Below, piece after piece: positions 1 to 8,755 of a DNA stretch of 64,000 nt. Source of the stretch: Candidatus Caldarchaeum sp. (GTDB taxonomy: Archaea > Thermoproteota > Nitrososphaeria_A > Caldarchaeales > Caldarchaeaceae). The first letter of the stretch is position 1; every line of letters starts with the position of its first letter. Location: NCBI GenBank assembly GCA_038844785.1, contig JAWBRA010000006.1:1-64000 (forward strand), in the 5' to 3' direction. Position numbers and translations under genes: made by a program. The notes below the pieces were generated by a model that was given only the letters and a program-made list of their open reading frames with translations, made no database searches and was not told the DNA's origin.

Positions 1-2
1 TG

Positions 3-1070
3 ATTAACGCCCTTGAGGAGAGGCTTGGAATAGAACGTCAGCCGGCTGAGGCTGAGGTTCAGCAAACCAGCCCTCCCGAAGCTCCTGAGACCCCGCAGAC
101 GGTTCAACAGCCGAAAGTTGTCGTTGACCTGAAGCTGTTAGCTAAATACCCTTGGCTTGAAGAAGCTCGTCAATTTCTGAAGGCCTTCTACCTAAACAAG
201 CTATCCGACGACGTTATCAGCAGGGGGAGGGAGAGAATTCTCGAAGCTCTTGACAGGGGAGAGCTCGGGGTTACACCCAAGCTTGAAAACCCCTTCGTAG
301 AGCTTCTATCCTTCCCCATAGCCAAAGCCATCGTTGCGACAATTAATGATGACTGGCTGATAAGACGATGGTCTCTCGCAGAGTCCGCTAGGTGTGAGAG
401 GTTGTTACACCTAGAGCAGCAACATGTTTTCGACTTTCTGCTGAGAAAGCTTGAGTTGGCTGTGGAGAGACATGGTGAAGGGTATAGGATAAGGTTCAAC
501 CACTACCTGATGTCTGCCGGCGACCTTCTCAGAGACGTTTCATGGAAGCTGGTGAATCAAAGACTTCACGGCGGCTGGGTTTACATTTCAAAGACAAGGC
601 TTACCAGACTAGTCAGACAACACCTCTACACCAGCCTTCACAGAAGCTTTGAGAACACGCCGAAGGTAACAAAGATACCGGAGAACCTTTCAACAGTCAT
701 GGCTGATGTTGTCGAGAGACTTCAGGAGATAAAGGCGAAACAACGACCTCTGATGGTCTCAGGCAGAATGCCGCCGTGCATCGAGGCTATTAAGCAGAGG
801 CTGCAAGACGCAACTCACATGGAGAACTTCATCTATGCTGCCTTCTGCCTGAACAAGGGCCACGCAGTTAAGGAGGTTCTTCAGGCTTTCACCATCAGAG
901 GCGATTTCGACGAAAGGGTCGCACGCTATCAGGTTGAACACATAGCTGGCATGAGGGGGAGTAGAATTAAATATAGACCTCCATCATGTCAGACGATGAA
1001 GTCGCTAGGACTCTGCATTAAAGACGGACAACTCTGCCCTAAAAACATCAGAAACCCGCTGGAATTCTGA
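3..1070 (+). CDS. priL: DNA primase large subunit (PriL) domain with an N-terminal extension; 5' end lies outside the window
   Basis: The frame is open from position 3: INALEERLGI, a Pro/Gln/Glu linker, then LAKYPWLEEARQFL (typical PriL start). C-terminal Fe-S domain motifs MPPC, YQVEHIAG, YRPPSC, GLC, LCPKNIRNPL. Confidence 0.85.
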   Translation: MNALEERLGIERQPAEAEVQQTSPPEAPETPQTVQQPKVVVDLKLLAKYPWLEEARQFLKAFYLNKLSDDVISRGRERILEALDRGELGVTPKLENPFVELLSFPIAKAIVATINDDWLIRRWSLAESARCERLLHLEQQHVFDFLLRKLELAVERHGEGYRIRFNHYLMSAGDLLRDVSWKLVNQRLHGGWVYISKTRLTRLVRQHLYTSLHRSFENTPKVTKIPENLSTVMADVVERLQEIKAKQRPLMVSGRMPPCIEAIKQRLQDATHMENFIYAAFCLNKGHAVKEVLQAFTIRGDFDERVARYQVEHIAGMRGSRIKYRPPSCQTMKSLGLCIKDGQLCPKNIRNPLEF

Positions 1071-1086
1071 CGACACCACCCAAACA

Positions 1087-1360
1087 CCTCTCTTTTTTGC
1101 TTTCCCCGATGGGAGAACCTTCCGCTGGAGAGATGTTCTCCGGCGGGAGGTTTTCCCTCCTGTCGGGGAGTCTCTCCGGCGGCCTAGGCCTCCCGGGACA
1201 GCCATGTCAGGAGACATGGCACCCGGACCCCAGCCCCTTGAGGGTGGGTGGTGGCTGGGGATTGCTGGGAGCGTCCTGCTCCCTCAACAAACCCTACGGC
1301 TCTGGGGTAATGGCGCCCTCCATGAGCCGTCCAAGGCCTTGGCGCCGGTAAAAAGAGGGG
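1087..1360 (+). ncRNA. Candidate multi-branched structured RNA / leader
   Basis: 21-bp stem 1111-1131/1137-1157 whose three non-WC pairs are all G-U on the + strand. Second domain closed by 1176-1191/1334-1348 with several internal hairpins. Outer helix 1087-1097/1350-1360. Confidence 0.55.
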
Positions 1361-1366
1361 AGAGAG

Positions 1367-2302
1367 ATGTCTGAGGACTTCCGCTGGGTTGACCCGGCCG
1401 TCTATAAGTGGTGGCTGGGTAGCGAGCACTACGTAAGTCTCAAGAACTTCGACGGCTATACTTTGCCGCAGGCTAAACCGACTACTCTGCCTTTCCTGCC
1501 CAAGGAGTTCCACCAGCATCCTGCGACGATGAACCCTTGGCTGTCAATATGGCTGTTTAGACGGTACCTCTACCTTCAAAGAGTCGTTGTCGAGCCTATG
1601 TGCGGGGTGGGGGGAACAGCTGTGTAAGCTCCTATTCTCATCCCGCCCATAGCATGCGGGCTTCACGCAGGTCAAACGTTCATCGTCAACGACATCGACA
1701 GGAGATACGCAACGATAGCCCATGGAATTCTGTCGGAGCTTCTACGGCTCACCAACCACTCCTCTACGGTGTTTAAGTTCGAAGGCCCTGCTGAAACGCT
1801 GCACTACCAGATAAGGGAGAGGGCGACGGAGCTGGGCCTCCCTCGGAGAGGGGGGTTCGCCAACGCCGTCGTCTTCAGCCCACCATACTGCAACATGCTG
1901 AAATCTTTGAAATCTCCACGACAAGACTTGAGAGGGTTTTCCAAGGACGACATGAGGACTTTTACGAAGAACAGCTATAGGGCTTTCGTTACACAGCTGG
2001 TTGCTTCCGCCTACCTCATGCTGAGGGTTTACGGTAGATGCGTCGTGGTTGTCAAGGACGTTGTTTCGACGGGTTTGGGAAGGCAGGTCCAAGACATAGT
2101 GGCTGAGGCGATGGGCTTCGTAGGCTTCAAGAAGGTCAAAGTCCACACGTTTCTCATCGAGAAACCTTCCGCCTACGTGGAATGGCATAGAAGCCAAGGC
2201 CATAGATACGAACACCTGCTATACGAATACGTTGTCGAAGGCCAGAAAACCGCCAACATAAAGCCCAAACAAGCCGTCAAGACGGAGGTTGAAGGGAAGT
2301 GA
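1367..2302 (+). pseudogene. N4C/N6A DNA methyltransferase interrupted by one in-frame TAA (1625-1627)
   Basis: ORFs 1367-1627 and 1769-2302 share a frame and the region between them is open. SAM-binding motif I VVEPMCGVGGT, then VNDID and catalytic motif IV FSPPY. Confidence 0.8.
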
Positions 2303-2616
2303 GCGAAACGGCGGTGGAAAAAATCAGAAACAGATACGCCGACTTCTTCACCACTTTTGCAGAGAGGACTGATTTCCAGAGGGTTCTGGAGATTGTGGAC
2401 AACGCCACCAACACCGCCGTCTCCGACGACGTAGCCGTGATAGGGAAGCTGATTGTCTTATCTGATGCGGAGAGGGCTGTTGACGCTTTTGCAGACTTCT
2501 ACCGAAGAATTTTACCGCCGACAATCGTCAACAACCTGTCTGAAGACCTGAAATGGGTTCTGAATAAAGCCCGTGAGACCGCTACAGTACTGTGGCTGGA
2601 GGGACAGAAGAGATGA
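2299..2616 (+). CDS. Hypothetical protein (105 aa)
   Basis: GTGA overlap with the methyltransferase stop; plausible helical protein; no family recognised. Confidence 0.6.
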   Translation: MSETAVEKIRNRYADFFTTFAERTDFQRVLEIVDNATNTAVSDDVAVIGKLIVLSDAERAVDAFADFYRRILPPTIVNNLSEDLKWVLNKARETATVLWLEGQKR

Positions 2617-2619
2617 TGA

Positions 2620-3445
2620 CTGAGACCCCGAAAAGAGGCTTATAAACCTCTCGGGAGAGAAGTAAGAAGGTTCTACGTCGATGTTCACTGGTCTGCAAAC
2701 GGTGGACATAGAGCGAAGCCACACATCGTCTTTGACGGACATCAGTATGTTATGACGGCTCGTCTTGTGGATGTTCCCGTAGCCGAAGGCGATGAGGTTT
2801 ACCTCGACGTCGTGCATCCAGCCATGTATGACAATGTTTCAGCGCTCCTCAGCCGTGGTGTCAGGGTTTTCAGGTTGAGGAGGACGGACCTAATAGCCGC
2901 TTACAGAAACAGGCTGTCGCTGTACAAGAACGATGAAAACGATGCCAAAGTATTATCGATGATGGGTCGAGATTGTTTCAAGGAAGTTACCGCGGAATAC
3001 GTTGAGCTTATGAAGCTCATCGACGAATACCATAAACAGCTTAACCTTCTGAAGTTGGTGAAGCAGTTTAAAGCATCCGCAGAGGCGGTGAATCTTTTCC
3101 GCAAAAACAAGCAGAGGGTGGCACGTCAGATAATAAGTATGGCGACGAACACAATAAGCATATACAGGCCTTTATGCGAAACTCTCGGTTTATCAGATGA
3201 CTCTCTATGGTAAGGTTGCTCTCGCAGACCTTCTTCTACACGTAGACTTTACGGCTAAGCTGAGAAGCATTCTATGCTACACCGGACTCTATAAACCCAA
3301 CAACGGAAGATACAACCATCGACTGAAACAGGCTGTCCAATCCCTAGCAATCAGCCACTACAGGAAAAACAAGGTCAAAGCCAAGGAAGTCAGACAACTG
3401 CTGAGAAAAATCAAGAACTACGTCAGAGCTGGAGGCCCGGCCTGA
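2620..3445 (+). pseudogene. Compact IS110-family (DEDD RuvC-like + Nop/Tnp20-like) recombinase/transposase, frameshifted near 3200
   Basis: Open frame from 2620 with FYVDVH, EVYLD and KNDENDAKVL (cf. IS110 KTDxxDA), then a coiled coil. After a slip in a CT repeat: ILCYTGLYKP..GRYNHRLKQAV (cf. L.AY.GL.P...GN..LR). Confidence 0.7.
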
Positions 3446-3590
3446 CAGCGGGGAAAAGCCGGATGAAGGCCGGGCAATAGCAGGGCGAACGCCTTTGAGG
3501 TGATTTAACAGCAAATGCACGGTTTTCATTCGGCTTCTCAGACGCTGTCGGATGACGGGCCTCCAGCCAAACTCTCCTCTCTATTTTTAC
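3428..3590 (+). ncRNA. IS110-associated 3' structured RNA candidate, copy A
   Basis: Long interrupted hairpin closed by GCTGGAGGCCC (3428-3438)/GGGCCTCCAGC (3557-3567), followed by a pyrimidine/T tail; homologous to copies B-D. Confidence 0.6.
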
Positions 3591-4995
3591 TCTTAAAATT
3601 TTTATAGACCGGCGACCAAAACCCCGCCGAGCCGGAGTAGGCCAGTCTGATAGAGAGAAATACTGCGAGTACTGAAACGACCACCAAAGTCGCTGCTGTT
3701 AGAGCCCACCAGTTGTCGCGGGTGTAGTTCACCGTGTAGCTGTGCGACGGCTTGGCCAAAGGTTTTTCGTCAACGGCTCTGACCCGCGGGTTGAATGGGA
3801 AAGCTTTCTTCATAGTCTCCAAAGCGTAGTAAGCCGGGCTGAACATAAATATCCTAAGCTGTGGGAAGCCGTCCATTATGTCTTCCAACGGATTTTCGAC
3901 CTTATGTGGAACATCTCCGAGGCCACGGTAATCGCTCCAAAAGTTCCCAACACCTTCGAAAGTCCATGTAACGCTTGGGTTTCGCTCGCCCACCACAACT
4001 ATCTGCTGAAGATTCTCGACGAAGTTGTTAGCGTACATCACACCTCCCGACTGTCCGTCTATCCAAACGCCTATGTAGTTGAAGGCAACTGTGTTGTTTC
4101 TTATGAGCTGGAACATACGAGGTGGGTAAGGCGAGTATTCGATGACAAACCCGTTTACGTGCCCGTAGATGAGGTTTCTTTCAACTGTTAGGTTTCCAGA
4201 CTCTCTGAGAAAGATACCTTCGCTGACAGCCTCCCCCTTGTTTTCCTTGACTATGTTGTTTGCAACATACAGGTTGTAGGAGTACATGAGAGCGAGGCCG
4301 ACAAGGTTATGGCTTACTATGTTGTCTGCTATCGTGTAGTTATAAGAGTACATCAGATGTATGCCGTACCTAGAGCGGGTTATTATGTTTCCTTTTATCG
4401 TTGTGTTGTATGCGTGTTCGTTGTATATTCCGTCTTTGCTGTTTGTTATACGGTTGTTGATGACGGTTGTGTTGAAGGTGTACCAGAGATATATTCCATG
4501 TCCTCTTTCGTTAATGTCCTTGTTAGCGAAGCTTTCTAAAGTGTTGTTCTCTACCACGGTGTTTCTGGATTTCAGAAGGTAGACTGGGAAAAGAGCGTTT
4601 ATGATCACGTTGCCTATTATTCTGCCGTTGTCGCCTTTGATCTTTATCCCAGCCGCCTCCATCGAGATGTCGGGGTTGGAGTTGATGATCTTTAAGCCTG
4701 AGATAGTGACGTTGTCGGCTTCAACGACAATGACGTCGCTCACGTAGTTTCCGTCGATAACCGGGTAACCCACGCCTTTCAAGGTCATTGTTTTCCTGAT
4801 TACTATCGGCCCACAGTAACGTCCCTGCTCAATAATTAAAACTCCTCCATGAGGTGTTTCGTCGACCATTTGCTGGAGCGTTGTGTTGCTGCAGGCTTGT
4901 TGCTGGCCGCCGATGGCCTCTACTACGGCCGCTAAAGCCAGCAGACAGATGGTAGCGTAGACGAGCGGCTTTCCTCCAGCCTTAGACGACCTCAC
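3538..4995 (-). CDS. nosD: Nitrous oxide reductase maturation protein NosD
   Basis: Beta-helix repeats, RGHGIYLW, RYGIHLMYS, GNFWSDY; C-terminal TM helix. The last ~25 codons run into the IS110-like element. Confidence 0.9.
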   Translation of the reverse strand: MRSSKAGGKPLVYATICLLALAAVVEAIGGQQQACSNTTLQQMVDETPHGGVLIIEQGRYCGPIVIRKTMTLKGVGYPVIDGNYVSDVIVVEADNVTISGLKIINSNPDISMEAAGIKIKGDNGRIIGNVIINALFPVYLLKSRNTVVENNTLESFANKDINERGHGIYLWYTFNTTVINNRITNSKDGIYNEHAYNTTIKGNIITRSRYGIHLMYSYNYTIADNIVSHNLVGLALMYSYNLYVANNIVKENKGEAVSEGIFLRESGNLTVERNLIYGHVNGFVIEYSPYPPRMFQLIRNNTVAFNYIGVWIDGQSGGVMYANNFVENLQQIVVVGERNPSVTWTFEGVGNFWSDYRGLGDVPHKVENPLEDIMDGFPQLRIFMFSPAYYALETMKKAFPFNPRVRAVDEKPLAKPSHSYTVNYTRDNWWALTAATLVVVSVLAVFLSIRLAYSGSAGFWSPVYKNFKSKNREESLAGGPSSDSV

Positions 4996-5582
4996 CTTCT
5001 TCTCCTAAACTTTGCAATTATATTCGGCGGTATTTGAATCATAGCAGCCGCTAACGGGAGGAAGAAGGCTGGCCCTAAGTAGCTAGCGATCTTGAAGTTC
5101 GCTATCTCGTAGTAGCCGAAGAAAGGCGGGTCAAAGGGCTCTATCTTGACTGGAGCGCTTGGATGAATGGTGTGAGTGTAGTTGTAAAGCCAGCTGTAGA
5201 TGTAAGCTGGGGTTGCGACAACCAAAACTAGGTAGACAATCCACAGGAGTGTATGAGCTTGTTTCTTGTGTCTCAGAAGCCCTGTCAAAACTGTGAGAAG
5301 GGTTAGAACTCCGTACAGGGGCTGCAGGTAAACCGTCTCAATTATTTTCTCAGGCTTGATCTCGCCAAGCCCCACATAGTGGTTGACTATGTTAACCTCG
5401 TTAACATCGCCATGAATTCCGGTTAAGGGTATGACGACTACTTCAAGCCATCTCTGGGCGTACATCGGTGCGTTCAACCTTATCGTCCACAGAGGCAGCG
5501 GTAAAGATAACAAAACTAAAACCGCTGGGATTACTGTGAAGAGCGTTAGCTTTCTATAGTTGATTCGGTATGTTTCAACCAT
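4992..5582 (-). CDS. NosB-like membrane protein of clade II nos clusters
   Basis: PLWTIRLNAPMY, NIVNHYVGL, PPFFG...IANF motifs; multiple TM segments; lies between nosL and nosD. Confidence 0.75.
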   Translation of the reverse strand: MVETYRINYRKLTLFTVIPAVLVLLSLPLPLWTIRLNAPMYAQRWLEVVVIPLTGIHGDVNEVNIVNHYVGLGEIKPEKIIETVYLQPLYGVLTLLTVLTGLLRHKKQAHTLLWIVYLVLVVATPAYIYSWLYNYTHTIHPSAPVKIEPFDPPFFGYYEIANFKIASYLGPAFFLPLAAAMIQIPPNIIAKFRRRR

Positions 5583-6081
5583 GATGGGTCACCGCGCCTT
5601 TTTTTACTTCTTCGATTATTTTCTGCCAGCTGTAAACGTGGCCATCGTGTTTATGGGCTATCTGCTCAGCCACGCTCGAATCCTTTGCCGCCACTATACC
5701 GCTGCTCATAGGCGTCCAGAGTTTTTTGGGGTCTGCTTTGACGTAGTTGGCAGCCATCGCGTCAAGCTGTTCTTTTGTGTGGTAATCGAAGACCGCTGCA
5801 GCCAATACTTTAACACGTTCAGAGCTCTCGATGTAGTCTTTCAGCATGCATTTGATGTCGTCATACTTCCACCAGTCATCCATGCCTTCAACGAATAGTC
5901 CTGCTGCAAACTCCTGCCTGCTTATGACCATGCCGCACCGCTTGCACTTGTCTTTGTCCAAGTATATGAGGAGCCGAGGTATCTGTCTGGCGGGCTGTAG
6001 GGTTAGGTAGACAGCGGCAGCAGTCACTGCTGCCACTGCTACAACTCCCACAACTAGCGCACGCCGTTTCAACGCAGTCAC
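5575..6081 (-). CDS. nosL: Copper chaperone NosL
   Basis: CKRCGMVI, DDIKCM and TPMSSG motifs; N-terminal anchor. Confidence 0.9.
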   Translation of the reverse strand: MTALKRRALVVGVVAVAAVTAAAVYLTLQPARQIPRLLIYLDKDKCKRCGMVISRQEFAAGLFVEGMDDWWKYDDIKCMLKDYIESSERVKVLAAAVFDYHTKEQLDAMAANYVKADPKKLWTPMSSGIVAAKDSSVAEQIAHKHDGHVYSWQKIIEEVKKGAVTHHG

Positions 6082-6091
6082 GTATTCTTGG

Positions 6092-8143
6092 TTACGCAGG
6101 CTCTACCTCGAGCCAGCCAGCCATCTCGAGGTGCAGAGGTGAGCAGAACTCTATGCAGTAGAAGCAGTAGACACCCGGCTTGTCGGCTGTGAACTCTATG
6201 GTTGCTGTCTCTCCAGGCTCGATGCTTGCTATGATGTTATATTCTGAGAGGGCGAATGCGTGCGTCGCGTCTCTTGCTGTTTCTACGTTGGTTATGTGTA
6301 GTCTGACAAGGTCTCCTGCCTTACATCTGATTATGTCAGGTGTTATTGTGCTTCTTATCTCCGTCGCCCAGACCTCGGTCACCCATCTTCCACCCTCCTG
6401 ATGCCTGTGTATTCGTTCCTTGCCCTTTTCTGTGGCGTTCGGGTCTTTCTCGAAGGTTTCGGGGTTTGTTCCGACGGGATAGACTTCCAATGGCTTGAGC
6501 TTGCTCGCCAGAATCATTTTCGCGTAGTGAGGCTCCCCTATTCCTATGGGCATGTCATACAAAAGCTCCATCTTCTCACCCGATATGTCTATCAGCTGGA
6601 AGTTCTGAGGTAGCAGTGGACCTATGTTCATGAACCTGTCCAAAGACCATTTGTTCAAGGCTACAAGATACTTGCCTTTCGGGCTGGGTGAGTCGCTCTC
6701 AGGCGTGCACAGGTGGCCGATGTTATAGTGTATCTTTATCCGGTCCACGAGCTTGAATGGGTTTGGACCCGTGTAGTCTGGAGGCCCTAACGTATACTTG
6801 TTGACCTCGTTGCCTATGAAGGTGCTTACATACCCGTGTCCTTTGTCGTCGAACTCGTTGTGCAAAGGCCCTAGAGCCGTCTCTATCTGCGCTGCTTTTG
6901 CATCCTCGAAGCGTATTATGGGGACGCCGTACGGGTCTGTTCCCTCAAACCTTTTGTCGGCTATGGCGCTTTTGATTTTCTCAACGTCGTATATCGTGAC
7001 AACTGGCGAAAGCTTTCCGCCGATGACGACGTATCTGCCACTCGGCGACATGTCGCATCCGTGTGGACTCTTGGGTTCGGGGACGAAGAACAGCACACCT
7101 TCTTTCACCGCGGTTTCGAGAGTGACGACTTTAACGCCGTTCATCTCAACAGCTTTACCAGCTCTAACGAGCTCCTCAGCTTTCTTCCAGTTGATAACAT
7201 GCAGGTAGTCGAAGTCACGTTGCGAGGCTCCGACTTCAAGCGGCGGCCGTCCCTCCAAAACACCGCCGATGGCTCTCTCTGTGTTTATGGAGTTTGTGAA
7301 GGCAAACCCGTCCGAAGGACCCCAGCCCACGATCTCAAGGTCCTGCATGTATGGTGGAAGCTCTATCTGGAAGCTTCTGGCCAGGTCAAACCGGCCTTTA
7401 GCCCTGTCGAAGGCTATGAAACTTGCACAGCCTCTGAAGTAGTCGGCGAAGTTCTTTTCAGTCAACGGAACGTATGTCACGCCTGGTTTGTATCCTTTAC
7501 CTGGCTCCCATGGAGCTGGGAACTGGCTCATACAAGCTACGTATTCGGTGTTGGGTGTAGTGCATGCTCCACCGTGCTGTGTCTGTGTGTTAGGCAGCTT
7601 AACGATGTCTTTCGTCTCGAAGTCTCGGAGGCTTATGGCTGCCATTCTAGCATTCAGCTTATCTCCTATGAACAGCCATTCGCCGACATACTCTGCGTTT
7701 CTCCTGTCAAACTCTGGATGATGTGTGTCACCCATAGTTAACAACCTCACTCCGTTACTGCCCTTTTCAAGCAGCCGCATTGTCTTCACGTCACCGTAAC
7801 CATATCCCTGCCAAGGCTCCACAGTGTAAACAGCTATCACTTTCAAGAGCCTCATCGAAGGAACGCCTATGACGAGAACCTGTCCCGAATGCCCACCCGA
7901 TGAAAACATAACAAACTCGTCATATACTCCTCCCGGCACATACGTCTTGAGAGCTGCGACTGCATGGGCTGTGGTCAGTTTACGCTCTGTTATGACTTTT
8001 TCAACGGCTGCCGCGACAGGCGGTGCCGGCGGTGTGATAAACCTTCCCGCAGTGAATCCTGCAGCAGCTCCAACAACAACACCTGCACCCAAAGCTGATA
8101 TAAGCTTCCTACGACTCACTTTGGTCTCCTTAACCACACCCAT
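6092..8143 (-). CDS. nosZ: Nitrous oxide reductase (clade II-like) with Tat signal
   Basis: SRRKLI Tat motif, SGGHSGQ, DTHHP, PKSPHG, GPLH, GEPH, CuA motif CIEFCSPLHLEM. ATG at 8143 preferred over 8197. Confidence 0.97.
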   Translation of the reverse strand: MGVVKETKVSRRKLISALGAGVVVGAAAGFTAGRFITPPAPPVAAAVEKVITERKLTTAHAVAALKTYVPGGVYDEFVMFSSGGHSGQVLVIGVPSMRLLKVIAVYTVEPWQGYGYGDVKTMRLLEKGSNGVRLLTMGDTHHPEFDRRNAEYVGEWLFIGDKLNARMAAISLRDFETKDIVKLPNTQTQHGGACTTPNTEYVACMSQFPAPWEPGKGYKPGVTYVPLTEKNFADYFRGCASFIAFDRAKGRFDLARSFQIELPPYMQDLEIVGWGPSDGFAFTNSINTERAIGGVLEGRPPLEVGASQRDFDYLHVINWKKAEELVRAGKAVEMNGVKVVTLETAVKEGVLFFVPEPKSPHGCDMSPSGRYVVIGGKLSPVVTIYDVEKIKSAIADKRFEGTDPYGVPIIRFEDAKAAQIETALGPLHNEFDDKGHGYVSTFIGNEVNKYTLGPPDYTGPNPFKLVDRIKIHYNIGHLCTPESDSPSPKGKYLVALNKWSLDRFMNIGPLLPQNFQLIDISGEKMELLYDMPIGIGEPHYAKMILASKLKPLEVYPVGTNPETFEKDPNATEKGKERIHRHQEGGRWVTEVWATEIRSTITPDIIRCKAGDLVRLHITNVETARDATHAFALSEYNIIASIEPGETATIEFTADKPGVYCFYCIEFCSPLHLEMAGWLEVEPA

Positions 8144-8187
8144 ATCTCTTCTCAGCAGTGAGAGAGCGGCGGGCCAGAAAGCCGTTA

Positions 8188-8205
8188 CGTCTAACATGTT
8201 AGACG
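8188..8205. promoter_or_regulatory. Perfect 18-bp palindrome CGTCTAACATGTTAGACG, candidate operator
   Basis: Perfect inverted repeat in the divergent nosZ / cupredoxin intergenic region. Confidence 0.5.
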
Positions 8206-8245
8206 CTGTCTATCACGTCGCACACAAACTATTTCTGTAATATCC

Positions 8246-8755
8246 ATGCACAAGCGTTTAGTGGGCGGTTTGATCCGTGGAAAAAAGAGAAAAGTCGATG
8301 GAATGCTGGTTGTTTTCAGCACGCTCGTGTTCCTCGCCTCGGCTTTGGCTTTCATCACGGGGCCGGCAAAAGCGGTCACAGGTTCTACGAAAGAGTTCAT
8401 CATAACGGCGCGTCAGTGGGCCTACGACCCGCCTGCAATAGAAGTCGAGCAGGGAGACGAAGTGATAATCAGACTTAAATCCATAGACATTTCACATGGC
8501 ATATATGTCGAAGGATATGACATCAGGGCTGACTTGATTCTCGAGGAGGGAAAGCCCAACGAGGTTGTGTTAAAGTTTATAGCAGATAAACCAGGCTCTT
8601 TCATTTTCAGATGCTCCGTCAACTGCGGACCGTTCCATCCCTTCATGACAGGCGTGCTTAAGGTAAACCCCAACTACATCTTTCAGGGAGCGGCTATGCT
8701 GGCTGTGTTGACGGGGATGCTCAGCTTAGTTTACCTAGCGGTTTTCAGGAGGTAG
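8246..8755 (+). CDS. Membrane-anchored CuA-type cupredoxin (COX II-like domain)
   Basis: ARQWAY, DISHG, CSVNCGPFHPFM; N- and C-terminal hydrophobic segments. Confidence 0.85.
   Translation: MHKRLVGGLIRGKKRKVDGMLVVFSTLVFLASALAFITGPAKAVTGSTKEFIITARQWAYDPPAIEVEQGDEVIIRLKSIDISHGIYVEGYDIRADLILEEGKPNEVVLKFIADKPGSFIFRCSVNCGPFHPFMTGVLKVNPNYIFQGAAMLAVLTGMLSLVYLAVFRR

Noticed and set aside
1097-1351. 84-aa ORF over the GC-rich structured region
   Set aside because: Gly/Pro/Ser-rich with no recognisable motif; better explained by RNA/DNA secondary structure.
1087-1360. SRP RNA, RNase P RNA or tRNA
   Set aside because: No helix-8 GGAA/AGCA SRP motif, no GAGGAAAGTCC P4 motif and no cloverleaf on either strand.
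1625-1627. Selenocysteine/pyrrolysine recoding in the methyltransferase
   Set aside because: The stop is TAA, which is not used for Sec or Pyl.
3428-3600. Canonical TIGR array next to the Nop-like protein
   Set aside because: No tandem ~36-nt units are visible; each locus has a single RNA unit.
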